From NCBI GenBank assembly GCA_030390025.1, contig CM059433.1, positions 27,964,001 through 28,028,000 of the forward strand: a DNA stretch of 64,000 nucleotides. The letters run 5' to 3'. The stretch comes from Squalus acanthias (lineage: Eukaryota). A program made the position numbers and the translations under genes. The notes below the pieces were generated by a model that saw only the letters and a program-made list of their open reading frames with translations, was not told the DNA's origin and made no database searches. Position 1 is the first letter of the stretch. Every line of letters begins with the position of its first letter. This document shows positions 51,798-64,000 of the stretch, piece by piece.

Positions 51798-52025
51798 CAG
51801 TGCTATCCGCTGTTTATGGAAAACCTGGCTAAAGCATGACATTTATTGGCAAACAGGGAGTCAGCATATACCAAATGAAAATTTCAAGGAGACGGTTAAC
51901 ACAACAGGCAATAATGAAGAGAGCACCATCAGCTTTTTTACAGTGATTATTGCCGCACAATAGCAAGCAAAGTTTTTAAACAGTCTCAGACATTGACAGA
52001 ATCACAATTATATAGAGGCCCTGTA

Positions 52026-52408
52026 CAGGGTTGCCAACTCTGGTTGGACGTATTCCGAGAGGTTTTAATCACAAGACCTCCTCCCTCCAACCGTCCTGCC
52101 CCCACACTCCCACCATTGGTCGCCAGACATGACCATCCTCGCGACACACCGTCTTCCCGCGGCCAATCGAAAAGCGAACAGACTCTTCATTACCCGATTG
52201 GATGATTCTTGACTCTGTCGAACAGCTATTTTTTCCCAAGCTCCAATATTTTTTTAATAAGCAAAAGGGTTAAAAGAAAATGAAATAAAAACCAATTTTG
52301 TTTTAAATGTCCACATGATTTTTCTCTGGGTTGCTCGCAGCAATGTCCTGGAGATTAATCTTCAATTCCCGGAGGCTTCAAGATGATCCTGGCAAATTGC
52401 CAACCCTA
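52026..52408. mobile_element. hAT MITE, TAGGGTTGCCA family
   Basis: CAGGGTTGCCAA...TTGCCAACCCTA; TSD GCCCTGTA/GCCTCGTA (6/8). Other copies near 22050-22410, 23072-23300, 31993-32263, 39868-39905 and 53254-53492. Confidence 0.75.
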
Positions 52409-52975
52409 GCCTCGTAGCACATTATTACCACGAGATTACTAGACTTGGTAATTTTATTTTTCCTTTGAACAAGCAAATAAAGCCAAGTCTTAAGAGCAAA
52501 ATGATAGAACAGAACACGTAAGGAACAATAGAAACCGAAAGATTCTAATCTAGCATGCCAAGGTTTTACAATACTACAGGAGCCCAGCAAAGACTGCTCA
52601 TGGTTTCAGTAGTGATCTAATAAGGATCACATTACTCTAAATAATGCTAACCCTCTGAGTAAGGACGAACCCACGCTTGCCAAGTTCATTTTAGGATAAG
52701 AATCATCCTGGGTGCACTGTATTCTCTACTAAATCGAAAAGAGAGCACTGGCAGGCACTGCACCTGTGTTACGGTGAACTTCGAACCACGGTGGTAGTGC
52801 CTCAAGTTAAAGCTAACTTGTTGAGAGGCGCTACTGGAAGCCAGCGAACTCAGGACCAGAATTACAAGTCTGCACCAATTAGGGTTCTGATGCAGAGATG
52901 CCGGTGTTGGACTGGGGTGGACAAAATTGAGATGTCGCACAACACCAGGTTATAGTCCAACAGTTTTATTTGAAA

Positions 52976-53017
52976 TCACAAGCTTTCGGAGCTATCGATT
53001 GCCCCTTCCTCAGGTGA
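52976..53017 (-). ncRNA. Mirror copy of the minimal hammerhead motif, on the DST sense strand
   Basis: Exact reverse complement of 53162-53203. Confidence 0.65.
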
Positions 53018-53161
53018 AGTAAATAGATACAGAATCGCCAAAGCATATATAGATAGAGAACAAACCATGTTTACCTTACAATTGCAGTTGTCTGCAATTG
53101 TAAGGTAAACATGCTTTGTTCTCTATCTATATATGCTTTGGCGATTCTGTATCTATTTACT

Positions 53162-53203
53162 TCACCTGAGGAAGGGGCAATCGATAGCTCCGAAAGCTTG
53201 TGA
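53162..53203 (+). ncRNA. Minimal type I hammerhead ribozyme motif (PLE type)
   Basis: UCAC-CUGAGGA-A-GGGGC(AAUCGAUA)GCUCC-GAAA-GCUU-GUGA: stems I and II pair, core boxes present, palindromic AGCU in place of stem III. Confidence 0.65.
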
Positions 53204-54307
53204 TTTCAAATAAAACTGTTGGACTATAACCTGGTGTTGTGCGACCTCCCAATTAGGGTTGCCATCCCTTCAGGCTTGTCCTGGAGTCTCCAGGAATTAA
53301 ACAACCCAGGAGAAATATCATGAAAGAAAATTGTACTTTTTTCATTTTCTGTGAACACTTGAGTATTATCTTTAAAAAATATTGGAGATGGGGGGGAGCG
53401 GAGAAAGGCTGTTTGACTGGCAAGAGTGGCTGGAGGAGGAAGGTCCTGTGATGAAACTGCCAGGAATGCGCCCAACCAGAGTTGACACGCCTACCAGCAA
53501 AATTAAAATTTACTGAGACTAAATACATACATACACGATTTACGGTTTGCATTTCTAGCTCGTCTTAACAGGAATCGTTTCTAGCTGGGCTGCAAATATT
53601 ATGTGGAATTTTACCCTGCCACTCATGAAACGCAGCTAACGATTAAAACACAGCAGACTCCGAAGAGAATTTCTTCCCAAACGCCCATGGGACCTTGCAA
53701 CATTTTCGTAGCCTGTCGCAGTTTATTATTAATAGAAGAAGGAGAAGTTCTGCACATGGAAACAAACTAAAGCCAACATTGTTGGCAGGATGAGTTGTGC
53801 TGAAGCTCGCAATCATTATAGCCACAGACTATTAATTCTCGTTCTCGATCAGGCCAGTCAGACTACACGGCTTGTGGCAATGTGTAGTTAGCTTCAACTC
53901 AGCTCATGGGAACTTGGCCAATAGTTCAAAGATGATGTTAGAGATGGATGTACCACTAGCTGGCGGTTGGATGCCTGTGAGCATAGGTCTACACATTGTA
54001 TGCAAGCGCACATGCATAGAGCTCTGCTTTGCCTAGTTCGAGAGCAATGCACAGGTAATTTAGACCAACATTGCACTGCACATGGAACAGTCTCAAAACA
54101 GTGCTGATTTACTGCGTCAAATGTCTTTTGCCGTTGATATATTTGTTATTTTTAGTATAGCTCCTTTTGGGTTTCCCCTCAATCTGCACCAAACACAGAA
54201 ATTACAATCAAACACAATGTCTCGCGACAGGCACAGGCGTCCAATCAGACTGCTGATACGTGGTCATCGCCATCACACCAACCAGAACCACACATTTGCA
54301 TTGGTGC

Positions 54308-54715
54308 CAGCCATGGCTCAGTGGGGCACTCTCACTGCTGAGTTAGAAGGTCGTGGGTGCAAGTCCCACTCCAGAGACTTGAGCATATAATCAAGTCGGA
54401 GGTACCACCTTTCAGATGAGGCGTTAAAACGAGGCCCTCTCAGATGGACATAAAAAATCCCCCGGCACTATTTTGAAGATGATATGGGGAGTTCTCCTCA
54501 GTGTCCTGGCCAATATTGATCCCTCAACCAACACCTAAAACTGATTATCTGGTCATTTATCTCATTGTGGGAGCTTGCTGTGCAGATTGGCTGCACCATT
54601 TAGGGTTATATTATAACAGTGACTGCACTGCAAAAAAGTATTGCATTGGCTGTAAAGCACTTTGGGAAGTCCTGAGGTTGTGAAAGGCGCCATCTAAATA
54701 CAAGTTCTTTCTTTT
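54308..54715 (+). mobile_element. Deu-domain tRNA SINE with internal deletion
   Basis: Head, core and tail recognisable. Confidence 0.8.
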
Positions 54716-56371
54716 ATCTGCAGATTCCACAGCCACATTGATCTTTTTTCAGTGAGGCTATACCGATTGGGAAAGATGAAATAGGCTGGGGCTCTTTTTC
54801 TCAAAAATACAAGGCTGAGGGGTCACTTTAAGATCATGAAGGGGCTTGATAGGGTAGACATAGAGAAGATGTTTCCACTTGTGGGGGAGTCCAAAACTAG
54901 GAGCCACAAATATAAGATAGTCACTAATAAATCCAATAACGAATTCAGGAGAAACTTCTTTACCCAGAGAGTGGTGAGAATGTGGAACTCGCTTCCACAA
55001 GGAGTAGTTGAGGCGAATAGCACAGATGCATTTAAGGGGAAGCGAGATAAACACGAGGGAGAAAGGAATAGAAGGATATGCTGATAAGAGTTAGAGGAAG
55101 AGGGGTGAGAGGAGGACCATGTGGAGCATAAACACTGGCATGGACCAGTTGGGCCGAATGGCCTGTTTCAGTGCTGTAAAGTCTATGTCATTCTTTTTTT
55201 CCCCATCAAGTGGTTATTGAGTTGGAGGATCCAGGCCAGCAGTACCTGCCAATAAAAATCCAACACACGAAAACAAACTAGGCCTGAAAGTGGTCATGTT
55301 AATGACAAATTCCTACAAGTGGACCAGTGTAAACCAGCTTCTGACTCAAGACAGCTGCTGCTTCAAAGAACACAGTGGGCTCTGTTGAAATGCTCTGGGC
55401 TCCCCTCAGTTCCTGGGACAGCTTTGGAAATTATTTTGGTTCTGGATTTCTTTTAAATAAAATAATTTATAGCACTGATTGTATCAGCGGCTTCACCCCC
55501 CACCCCCAGTTTCTCAAGATGAAACATGATAAAATGAGTCAGAAGAAAATGCAGAACAGTGTCAATGACCTCCAAACATTTAAACTGCAAGGCAGGAAAG
55601 GCTGCATCCCCAGTGAATTCCGCAGAGGTTCTGCACTCTACTGAAAGAATGCTCATATACTGCTGACATGGGACCTTTCGAAACACTGGAGAATCTGCAG
55701 CGACTCCAAATCAATGCAGCACTTCAAAAAAAAAATCAAGGTGATGCGAATGCTTGAAATCTAAATTCTGATTAGATCAAAGGGGTGGGGAGAAAATGGT
55801 GTTAAGAGGAATGATGTTCCGCAGTTGGTTATTATTTCCAATTAACAATTAATGTGGTCATTAATTCTCGAATCATAGAATCTTACAGCACAGGAGGCTG
55901 TCATTCGGCACATCTTTGAAAGAGCTATCCAATTAGTCCCACTCCACCGCTCTTTCCCCTTCGCCCTGAAAATGTTTCCTTTTTAAGCATATATCCAATT
56001 CTCTTTTGAAAGTTGAATCTGGTTCCACCATCCTTTCAGGCAGTGCATTCCAGACCATAACAACTCGTTGCGTAAAAAGAGAATTCAAAAATTCTGCTTT
56101 GTGAGTCCAACTGGCTGGTTCCACCATTCTGTATCCCAACAAGACCCTGGTCCCAAAACAGGTCGCTGCCTGAAAATGCTCCACAAAAGGGATTTGGAGA
56201 AAATCACAAGAATACTAGGTGTTATCACCTCAAAAGGTTTTTTTAAAAAAGGGTAATACAGTTGGTAACCTTGGCTGAAAACAACTGCAAATACATGTTA
56301 ACATTCTGACTGAAGAATCAGTTCAACCTTTAGAAGGTAACACGTCAACATTGTAAATGCTAAAGAAAAAA

Positions 56372-56810
56372 AAGAGAAAGACTTGCATTTATATCACGCC
56401 TTAGGACGTCCAAAGTGCTTTGCAGCCAATGAAGTATTTTTGAAGCGCAATCACTGTTGTAATGTCGCAAACGCAGCAGCCAATTTGCACACAGCAAGCT
56501 CCCACAGACAGCAATGTGATAATGACCAGATCATCTGGTTTAGTGATGTTGGTTGGCCAGGACACCGGGGAGAACTCCCCTGCTCTTCTTCGAATAGTAC
56601 CGTGGGATCTTTTACGTCCACCCAAGACGGCAGACGGGGCCTCGGTTTAACGTCTCATCCGAAAGACGGCACCTCTGACAGTGCGGCACTCCCTCAGTAC
56701 CGCACTGGAGTGTCAGCCTAGATTTTGTGTTCAGGTCTCGGGAGTGGGACTTGAACCCACGACCATCTGACTCTAAGGCGAGAGGGCTGCTCACTGAGCC
56801 ACAGTTGACA
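56372..56810 (-). mobile_element. Deu-domain tRNA SINE, full length
   Basis: Reverse complement of the same consensus, including the head. Confidence 0.88.
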
Positions 56811-57721
56811 CATATGCTGCACAATATTGCTAAGACCAATAACACTTTTGATTAGATCAAGAAACGTTGTTGGAAATCTTCCTTATAAATAAAATTAAAA
56901 TACCCTGTTCGCGCATAATAGTTTCCCCCCACACCAGTGTCTCCTCTCCAACCTCCAGTCAATTCATTAAAAACTGAAAAGAACCAAGACACATAACCAA
57001 CATAATTTCCAGCTTTATAGAATGAAAAAAGTTCACTCAGCTCTCAAACCCACTCCTGCCACAGACCATCCAAAGTCCACCCTGTGCTGTACCAACCTAA
57101 CCACCTCCTGTTGCAGTATTTCCCATCTCCCAAGACGTCTACCTGAACTTGCATCATACATTATTCATCCTTAATGGTCAACCTTCTTCAGCATAACATT
57201 TCCACGACCCCAGTAGCTCTGCGGTACCAATCATATTCCATACAAAAATCAAGATCTATCTCTTTTCATCATTGCATTGGGTCTTGTTCTTAACCAAAGG
57301 TTTTGACACACACATTCTTCAACTGAAATCCTTCTCATCTCACGTTACTGTAGGCGTGTTGATTTTGTACGCATATCCTCTAGTTCCGTACTCTCAGCCC
57401 TCCTCGTCTCTTTCTTATTCCAGTCCCGAAACCTAGATCATGTCCACTTTATAGAATCTACATCCTTCAAATACTAATCCTGAACACAGCAACTCAAACA
57501 CCATGCAGGTGCAGTTCAAAAACCTCAACTGGGAAACCTAACCCAGCATACACAGAAAAACAAGAATACAGTAACTTAAAAAAACTGCAACAAAGTTTTT
57601 CAGCAACAGTTCCATAATAAAACATTCACTGCACAGATACAAATCTCAAAGCAGAACCATCAACATTGGAAGTTAAATCGAGCCAGCACAAGCATGTTGA
57701 AGAAGAAAATAAAAAGCATAC

Positions 57722-57814
57722 CTGAAAGTGCAAAATAATGGTCCAGATCAGCCCCAAGGTTAGTTTGGGATTCCCATCAGTTATGTCATCATTTCTTATG
57801 TTCACCAGTTTGAC
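57722..57814 (-). CDS. DST: Dystonin exon, end of CH1 ([31 protein letters not shown])
   Basis: 93 nt, CAG| acceptor, CAG|GTATG donor, phase 0/0; classic actinin-type ABD signature. Confidence 0.95.
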
Positions 57815-58299
57815 CTGTTACCCCAGAAAAACAAAGTGAAGATTAATTCAACTGTCTATTTAGAATGTATATTATTAAGCAATGAGAAAGTGGAGTATAT
57901 TTGTTATCTTTACTATCACACAGCTCAAAAGTAAGTTTACCGAGTCCAAAGAATTGTCTGGGCACTTGTGATTTTGCAGGGACTGGAGTTTACTGTCCCA
58001 AGTAGGGACCTAAACTGGTGGGAGAACAGCCTAATGAAGGGAATTTCTGTTGGCTTGACTGTGAGTGGGAATCAGGTCAGCAACTGATCAGAGTTATATT
58101 GCCGCTTGCACATTGAGACAAAAATAGTGAAAAATGGCAGTAGAATCGCACACTAAAATACACATAAAAGCGGCAAATTCAAAAGAAATGTGACAAGTTT
58201 TCGAATACCAAACTCCTTCCTTCCCTCCTCCAATTTTCTCGCCAATTTCCCCCTGAAGCCACGTTCTTTAGCTGGATTTGGGTTGACAGATGCTGCAGC

Positions 58300-58464
58300 C
58301 AACGTTCCCTTTAAGCTGTGCGGTCGCGCAGCGCTCTGCAGGTTCCGCGAAGCCAGTGAACTGGTTTTTAAATAGAAAAACCGCACATGCACGGAATCCT
58401 TTATGGCCCACGCAGCCCATTAAAAGGAGCCACGCGGGTCAAAATGAAATTAGAGGGAACTCTG
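58300..58464. mobile_element. hAT MITE, CAATGTTCCC family (opposite orientation)
   Basis: CAACGTTCCC...GGGAACTCTG with perfect TSD GCTGCAGC; internal similarity to 19056-19209. Confidence 0.8.
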
Positions 58465-59670
58465 GCTGCAGCCCTTCGTTACCTCAGGCAAGTGGCTGTT
58501 TCTCACACTCCAGCTCAGACTGCGAGTGTCAGCAGGCTGTTTGACCAGCATGGTGTCCTGGGACACCTTTCTCCCATTCTACGCGAGCAGTGGACAATGC
58601 TGCCTTGGTGCTGAAGGAAAATCAGTCGGGACCAATGCTGGGGATTGCAATCCAAAACTGGTTCTCAACTGATGTCCATGCACGGTCACTTTGAACAGGG
58701 CTTGCTGAACAACAATTAGGAGTGGCAGATCCCCCGCCACCAAGGGCTAGGGATACACTTCATAGAATGATACAGCACAGAAGGAGGCCATTGGCATATT
58801 GTGCATGTGCCAGCTCTTGGCAAACGCTGTCCAATTAGTCCCACTCCATCATAGCTCTGCAAATTTTTCCTTTTCAAGTGTATATCCAAATACCTTTTGA
58901 AAGTTATTATTGAATCTGTTGCCACCACCCTTTCAGGCAGTGCATTCCAGATCGTAACAACTTGCTGCATTAAAATCAAATTCTCATGTCCTCCCTGGTT
59001 CTTGAGCCAATTAATTTAAATCCAAGTCCTCTGGTTACTGACGCTCCTGCCAGTGGAAACAGTTTCTCCTTATTTACTCTATCAAAACCCTTCGTGATTT
59101 TGAACCTCTATTAAATCTCCCTTAATCTTCACTGCTCTCAGGAGAACAATCCCAGCTTCTCCAGTCTCTCCACATAACTGAAGTCCCTCATCTGTGGTAT
59201 TATTCTAGTAAATCTCCTCCGCACCCTCTCCAAGGCCAGAATTGGACACAATACTCCAGCTGAGGACTAAGAAGATTTATAAAGGATTAGCATAAATTTC
59301 TTGCTTTTGTACTCTGATTTATAAAGCGAAGGATCCCGTATGCTTTAAATAGCCTTATCAACTTGTTCTGCCACCTTCAAAGATTTGCGTACGGGAAATC
59401 AGAACAATTGAATCTCATAGCCTGAATATCTCCGTGATGACCTGTGAATAATCCTAAATGATCCGTTTTTAAGAGCCCGTCATCGGCACATTACATAGAA
59501 TTAACAGCACAGAAACAATCCATTCGGCCCAACTGGTCCATGCTGGTGTTTATGTTCAACATAAGCCTCCTCCCACCTCTCTTCATCTAACCCCATCAGC
59601 ATAACCTTCTATTCCTTTCTCCCTCGTGCGTTTATTTAGCTAGCCCTTAAATGAAGCTATGCTATTCGCA

Positions 59671-60146
59671 TCAGCTGTGGCTCAGTTGGTGGCACCCTCG
59701 CCTCGGAGTCAGAAGGTTGTAGGTTCAAGTCCCACTCCAGGAACCTGAGCACATAAAGCTAGGCTGACACTCCAGTACAGTACTGAGGGAGTGCTGCCCT
59801 GTCAGACGTGCCGTCTTTCGGATGAGACATTAACTGAGGCCCCATGTGCTCTCTCAGGTAGACGTAAAAGATCCTATGGTACTATTTCGAAGAAGAGCAG
59901 GGGAGTTATCCCCGGTGCCCTGGCCAATATTTATCCCTCAAACATCATCACTAAAACAGAAACCCAGATTATCTGGTCATTATCACATTGCTGTCTGTGG
60001 GAGCTTGCTGTGTGCAAATTGGCTGCTGCGTTTCCTACATTACAACAGTGACTACACTTCAAAAAGTACTTCATTGGCTGTAAAGCGCTTTGGGACGTCC
60101 AGTGGTCGTGAAAGGCGCTATATAAATGTAAGTCTGTGTTTCTTTT
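59671..60146 (+). mobile_element. Deu-domain tRNA SINE, full length, nested in a CR1 3' fragment
   Basis: TGGCTCAGTTGG, GGTTCAAGTCCC, GCCGTCTTTCGGATGAGAC, GGCGCTATATAAATG. Confidence 0.88.
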
Positions 60147-60424
60147 AACTACTCCATGTTGTAGTGAGTTCCACATTCTAACCACCTCTGGGTAAAGAAG
60201 GTTCTCCTGAATTCTTTATAGGATTTATGAGTGACTAGTTTATATTTATAACTTCTAGTTTTGGTGTCCCCCACAAGTGGAAACATCTTCTCTGCATCTA
60301 CCCTATCGAACCCTTTCAGAATTTTAAAGATCGCTCACAGGTCACCCCTCGGGCCTCTCTTTTCTAGAAAAAAAGCACTCCAGCCTGTTCAACATTGTTT
60401 GAGGAAAGTAAACACAAAGCTCAC

Positions 60425-60502
60425 CTGCCGGCGTTTCAAGTAGTCCAGTGCAATCTGTACATTCTGTAGTCTGTGGAAGCGCATACGCCCTTTTTCACGG
60501 GG
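60425..60502 (-). CDS. DST: Dystonin exon, CH1 domain ([26 protein letters not shown])
   Basis: 78 nt, AG acceptor and CAG|GTGAG donor, phase 0/0. The peptide matches the spectraplakin actin-binding domain; DYLKRRQ is the dystonin version as I recall it. Confidence 0.93.
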
Positions 60503-62485
60503 CTGCGTTTAGGGAGGGGGGGGGAAAAAAAACACATGGACATCTTATTAATAACTTTCCTCAAAATAGGCGATAGAAAATTTACCGCTTAAATCAGAAG
60601 ACCGCACTTGACAGACTTGCTGGAGTTGTGTGAGGCTTCGCATGCATCGTTGCAACTGCACAGCATGCGCATACTTTTGGAGAAATGCGATCGGTGAAAG
60701 CGTGGTAGGTTGATGCATTCAAGAGCAATCCCGAGAATAGCTCCAAATTTTCTCTCCATCAAATTAAATTCCCCACGCTAAGTGTTAGTCAAGTCAAGCC
60801 TCCTCCCTGCCCTCAGCTACAATGCCCAGAACAACGGGAAGAAAGCTCGGAATATCCCAGACGTCCAATACATTTTTCTGTAGGCAATTTAATTTAATTC
60901 TGGTGAGGAGAATTTCAGGAGCAGCTGCCCAAATGGGGGGAAAAGATGTATAAAACGGTAAGGACACCAAATTGTTTGGTGTAGCATTGGACTGACTTTT
61001 GGAAGCGGCTTTGCCTGAATTCGATCATTTTTTTTAAAAAACAAGGGCGAGAACATTTAGAACGATGGCTCTGAATATCACAGAACCAGAGAGTGGGAGG
61101 ACACAAGTCTGCACCACCCCCATTACCACCAGCACCAACTTGGCTCAGTTCTCAGATTGTGCCATGGTACACGGGTGCCAAAGGGAGATAGAAAAACTCC
61201 AAGTGGAAGGGGCAAAGGGCAGGAAAATTATTTATCATTTTGAAAAAGGGTCATCCCTCAAGGTCATCACACATCTCCTGTTGGTTGTCCAAAGAACTAA
61301 GCAAAGGCAGATGGTGTTAGGAAGGCATTTGTCCGCCCCTCCCACCCCACCTCAGTAGCAGATGTGCTGCCAAGGAACAGTCCAGGGTATGGAAAATGCA
61401 ACTAAGCATGAGTTTAATTCAGCCGAAAGTTTTTTTTATAAATATGTCAAAAGGACCATTTTAACGGTCAGCTTTTGCCCACAGATCACAGAGACCATCA
61501 CGGACAGAAAGAAGTAGAACAAAGTACTGTCGAGTGCCAGCGGTTGACTCTTAATTGCCCTCTGGAAGTCAGAGTATCTATTGACACCACTGTGTCAGCC
61601 AATGAGTTGGAGGCAGGGTGGGACTTTCAGCAGGACTCACAGCAAACAGTTTATTTTACATCAGAGTCTATTTAATCAGCAAACAGAGTCTATTTCAACA
61701 GCACACTACAGCAAACCGTCTACAGAGTCTATTTCAAAAGAGTCTCTACGAACTACAGCAAACAGAACACATGACTAAAACTACAGCAACGTCTCCTGAT
61801 AAAAGCAGGGTGATTTCTCCAGCAAAATGCAGTGAGTGGAGGATTGTTACATAATACAAACTATGTGCTTAAAATCAATCCCAGTCACTTACAGCAGCGC
61901 GGTCTCCAATCGTGATTGAAACGGGAATTACCCAATCATCTCCATTCTGGTCAGGAATAGCGGTACCACTACTGGCAGCCGCAAACTTTTCCTTCAAATT
62001 TTAGTTCGAGGAGTCTGACCAGAACCCTCGAGAACCACTGCAACTCAGCAGCAGAAATCCCGCAGCGTTACGTATGAAGTGGTCCTCTGGGCTTTTGGAC
62101 ATTTATCCAATTCTGCCTTAAGAGGTTTGTTATTAGCTTGTTCCGAGAATAGTTTTTCAGAACTTTTGATGTTTAGCATTAACTAGGATACCATCGTCAA
62201 AAAAACAATCTACAGCAAATGCGTAGTGACTATGGTCAGCTGCCGGTGTTTCCTTGTGTGGATATTTTCATTGCACTACCCATTTAGAGAGGGCAAGCTC
62301 TTAATATCTGTTTGTGACTGGTCCAGCAAGAGGGAAACTGAAGTCGTCGTGTTCCAACTTTGCAATCTCAGGGGGAGCAAACCCAAAATTCCCATCAGCA
62401 CCCCAAAAAGTCATGAGACGACCCTTTTATTCATGTTTGCAAACAGAAACCAGACGATCTTAAAAAATAAATTGCATTACTAGAC

Positions 62486-63545
62486 ACCAACTTGTATTTA
62501 TATAGCGCCGTTAACATGGTGAAATGCCCGAAGGTGCTTCACAGGAGCACAATCAGACAAATATGGGCATCGAGCCACGTAAGGAGATATTGGGACGAGT
62601 GACCAAACGGTTGGTCAAAGAGGTAGGTTTTAAGCTGGATCTTAGAAAGAGAGAGAGAGGTGGAAGCCAAGAGGTTTAGGGAGAGAAATCCAGAGCTTAG
62701 GGCCTAGGTAGCTGAAGGCATGACCGCCAATGGTAGGGCAAAGGAAGTGGTAGATGCACAAGAGGCCAAAGTTGGAGGAGCGCAGAGTTCTCAGAAGGTT
62801 GTAGGGCTAGAGAAGGTTAGAGATAGCAAGGGGCAAGGCCATGGAAGGATTTGAACATGAGGATGAGAACTTTAAAAATCAAGGCGATACTGGACTGGGA
62901 AACAATGTAGGTCAGCAATCACAGGGATGATGGGTGAATGGGACTTGGTGCGCATTAGGATACGGGCAGCAGATTGTCAAGTCTGGAGGTAAAAAAAAGC
63001 ATGGAAGAGGGTTTCAGCAGCTGATCAGCTGAGGCAGGGCGGAAATGGGTGATATTACGGAGGTGGAAATTGGTGCTCTTTCGGGTTACGGGGAGGATAT
63101 GGGGTCAAAAGCTCAGCTCAGGGTCAAATAGGGACGCCAAGCTTGCAAACAGTCTGGTTCAGCCCGAGACAGTAAGCCAGGGAGGGGGATGGAGTCGGTG
63201 GCTAGGGAACAGAGTTTGTGGTGGGGACTGAAGACAATGGCTTTGGACTTCCCAATATTTAGTTGGAGGAAATTCCAGCCAATCCAGGACTGGATATCGG
63301 ACAAGAAGTCTGACGAGAGGCGCAGTGAAGGGGTCAAGAGAGGTGGTGGCAAGTGTCATCAGCGTACATGTGGAACCTGAGGTCACGTTTTTGGATGACG
63401 TCGCCGAGGGGAAGCATGTAGATGAGAAAGAGGAGGGGGTCCAAGGATAGATCCTTGGGGGACTCCAGAGGCAACAGTGCAGGTAGAGAAGCCATTCCGG
63501 GAGATTCTCTTGCTGCAACTGGATAGCTAAGAGTGGAACCAGGCG
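62486..63545 (-). mobile_element. L2 LINE 3' fragment with RT remnant
   Basis: PLLFLIYMLPLGDVI...FHMYADDT and LSDIQSW...NFLQLNIGKS; 3' end GCGCTATATAAATACAAGTTG. Confidence 0.85.
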
Positions 63546-63579
63546 AGAGCAGTCCCACTCAGGAACTCCCCATTCCTCT

Positions 63580-63845
63580 GACTCAAGCCTCTTGTGCAAT
63601 CCCCTCCATTAGCAGCCATGTCTTTAGATGCCTGGGCCTTGTACTGTGGAATTCTCTCCCCACACCCCTCCATCTCTCCATCTCCCTCTTCACCTTCAAT
63701 ATCATTCTTAAAGCTCACTTCTTTGACCAAGCCCTCTTCGTATCTCTTTTTGCTCCATGTCCATATTTATCTTGCACCTCTGCAAAGCATTTTGGGGTTT
63801 ATTTTTATAAAGGGTGCAATATAAATGCAAGTTGTTATTGCTGCT
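63580..63845 (+). mobile_element. L2 3' end fragment, opposite orientation
   Basis: LWNSLP...FNIILKAHFFDQA, tail ATAAATGCAAGTTG. Other L2 fragments at about 11240-11690(-), 36125-36185(-) and 38430-38700(-). Confidence 0.65.
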
Positions 63846-64000
63846 CCATCAACACTAATGCAATGTGCATTTTACTGTGCTACCACCCACCCTCAGAGAA
63901 ACATCGAGTGTGACTGCAGATGGAATTCATTTCAACCACTTCCAGTAGATCTATTGTGCTTTGAGATCTGAATCAGAATATTCGGAAGGAAATCACGAAA

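Larger units (their letters stand above)
52896..53245. mobile_element. Penelope-like element termini in inverted arrangement forming a 154-bp-arm hairpin
   Basis: Arms 52934-53087 and 53092-53245, loop TTGT, one mismatch (53065). The left arm has a ~35 bp extension (GGTGTTGGACTGGGGTGGAC) resembling shark Penelope ends. Confidence 0.8.

Noticed and set aside
59671..59745. Functional tRNA genes at SINE heads
   Set aside because: The A/B boxes run straight into Deu-SINE bodies and no complete cloverleaf is evident.
541..60502. MACF1 or plectin as the host gene
   Set aside because: [41 protein letters not shown] and the MGNxCGCVRA exon fit dystonin better (from recalled sequences); a phylogeny would confirm.
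61893..62000. Possible extra exon ending at CT|GTAAGTG
   Set aside because: The phase-0 translation (…DDWVIPVSITIGDRAA) resembles no spectraplakin segment I know, there is no convincing acceptor, and the PRERD-type microexon was not found in the window.

Overview
Eukaryotic, repeat-rich DNA, very likely from a cartilaginous fish (shark), judged from Deu-domain SINEs, a V-SINE, CR1/L2 LINEs and Penelope termini. The window lies inside a minus-strand dystonin (DST/BPAG1) gene. Seven canonical exons with GT-AG sites and matching phases encode the end of CH1, all of CH2 and the start of the plakin region. The ~45 kb CH1-CH2 intron holds a 310-codon alternative first exon beginning MGNTCGC (isoform-3 type, myristoylation motif, no CH1). 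Most remaining sequence is transposon-derived. Top leads: (1) a TSD-flanked single-ORF LINE whose 5' end matches the body of a tRNA-headed SINE and whose 3.2 kb sense strand has no TTTT Pol III terminator, suggesting a Pol III-driven autonomous retrotransposon (hypothesis); (2) a near-perfect 154-bp-arm hairpin with a minimal hammerhead ribozyme motif in each arm; (3) an indel-free 30 x 25-bp CpG-rich minisatellite next to the alternative exon donor; (4) a 1.8 kb GA tract punctuated by a recurring CGAGCCAG motif. All counts were made by eye, and repeat boundaries are approximate unless a TSD is given.
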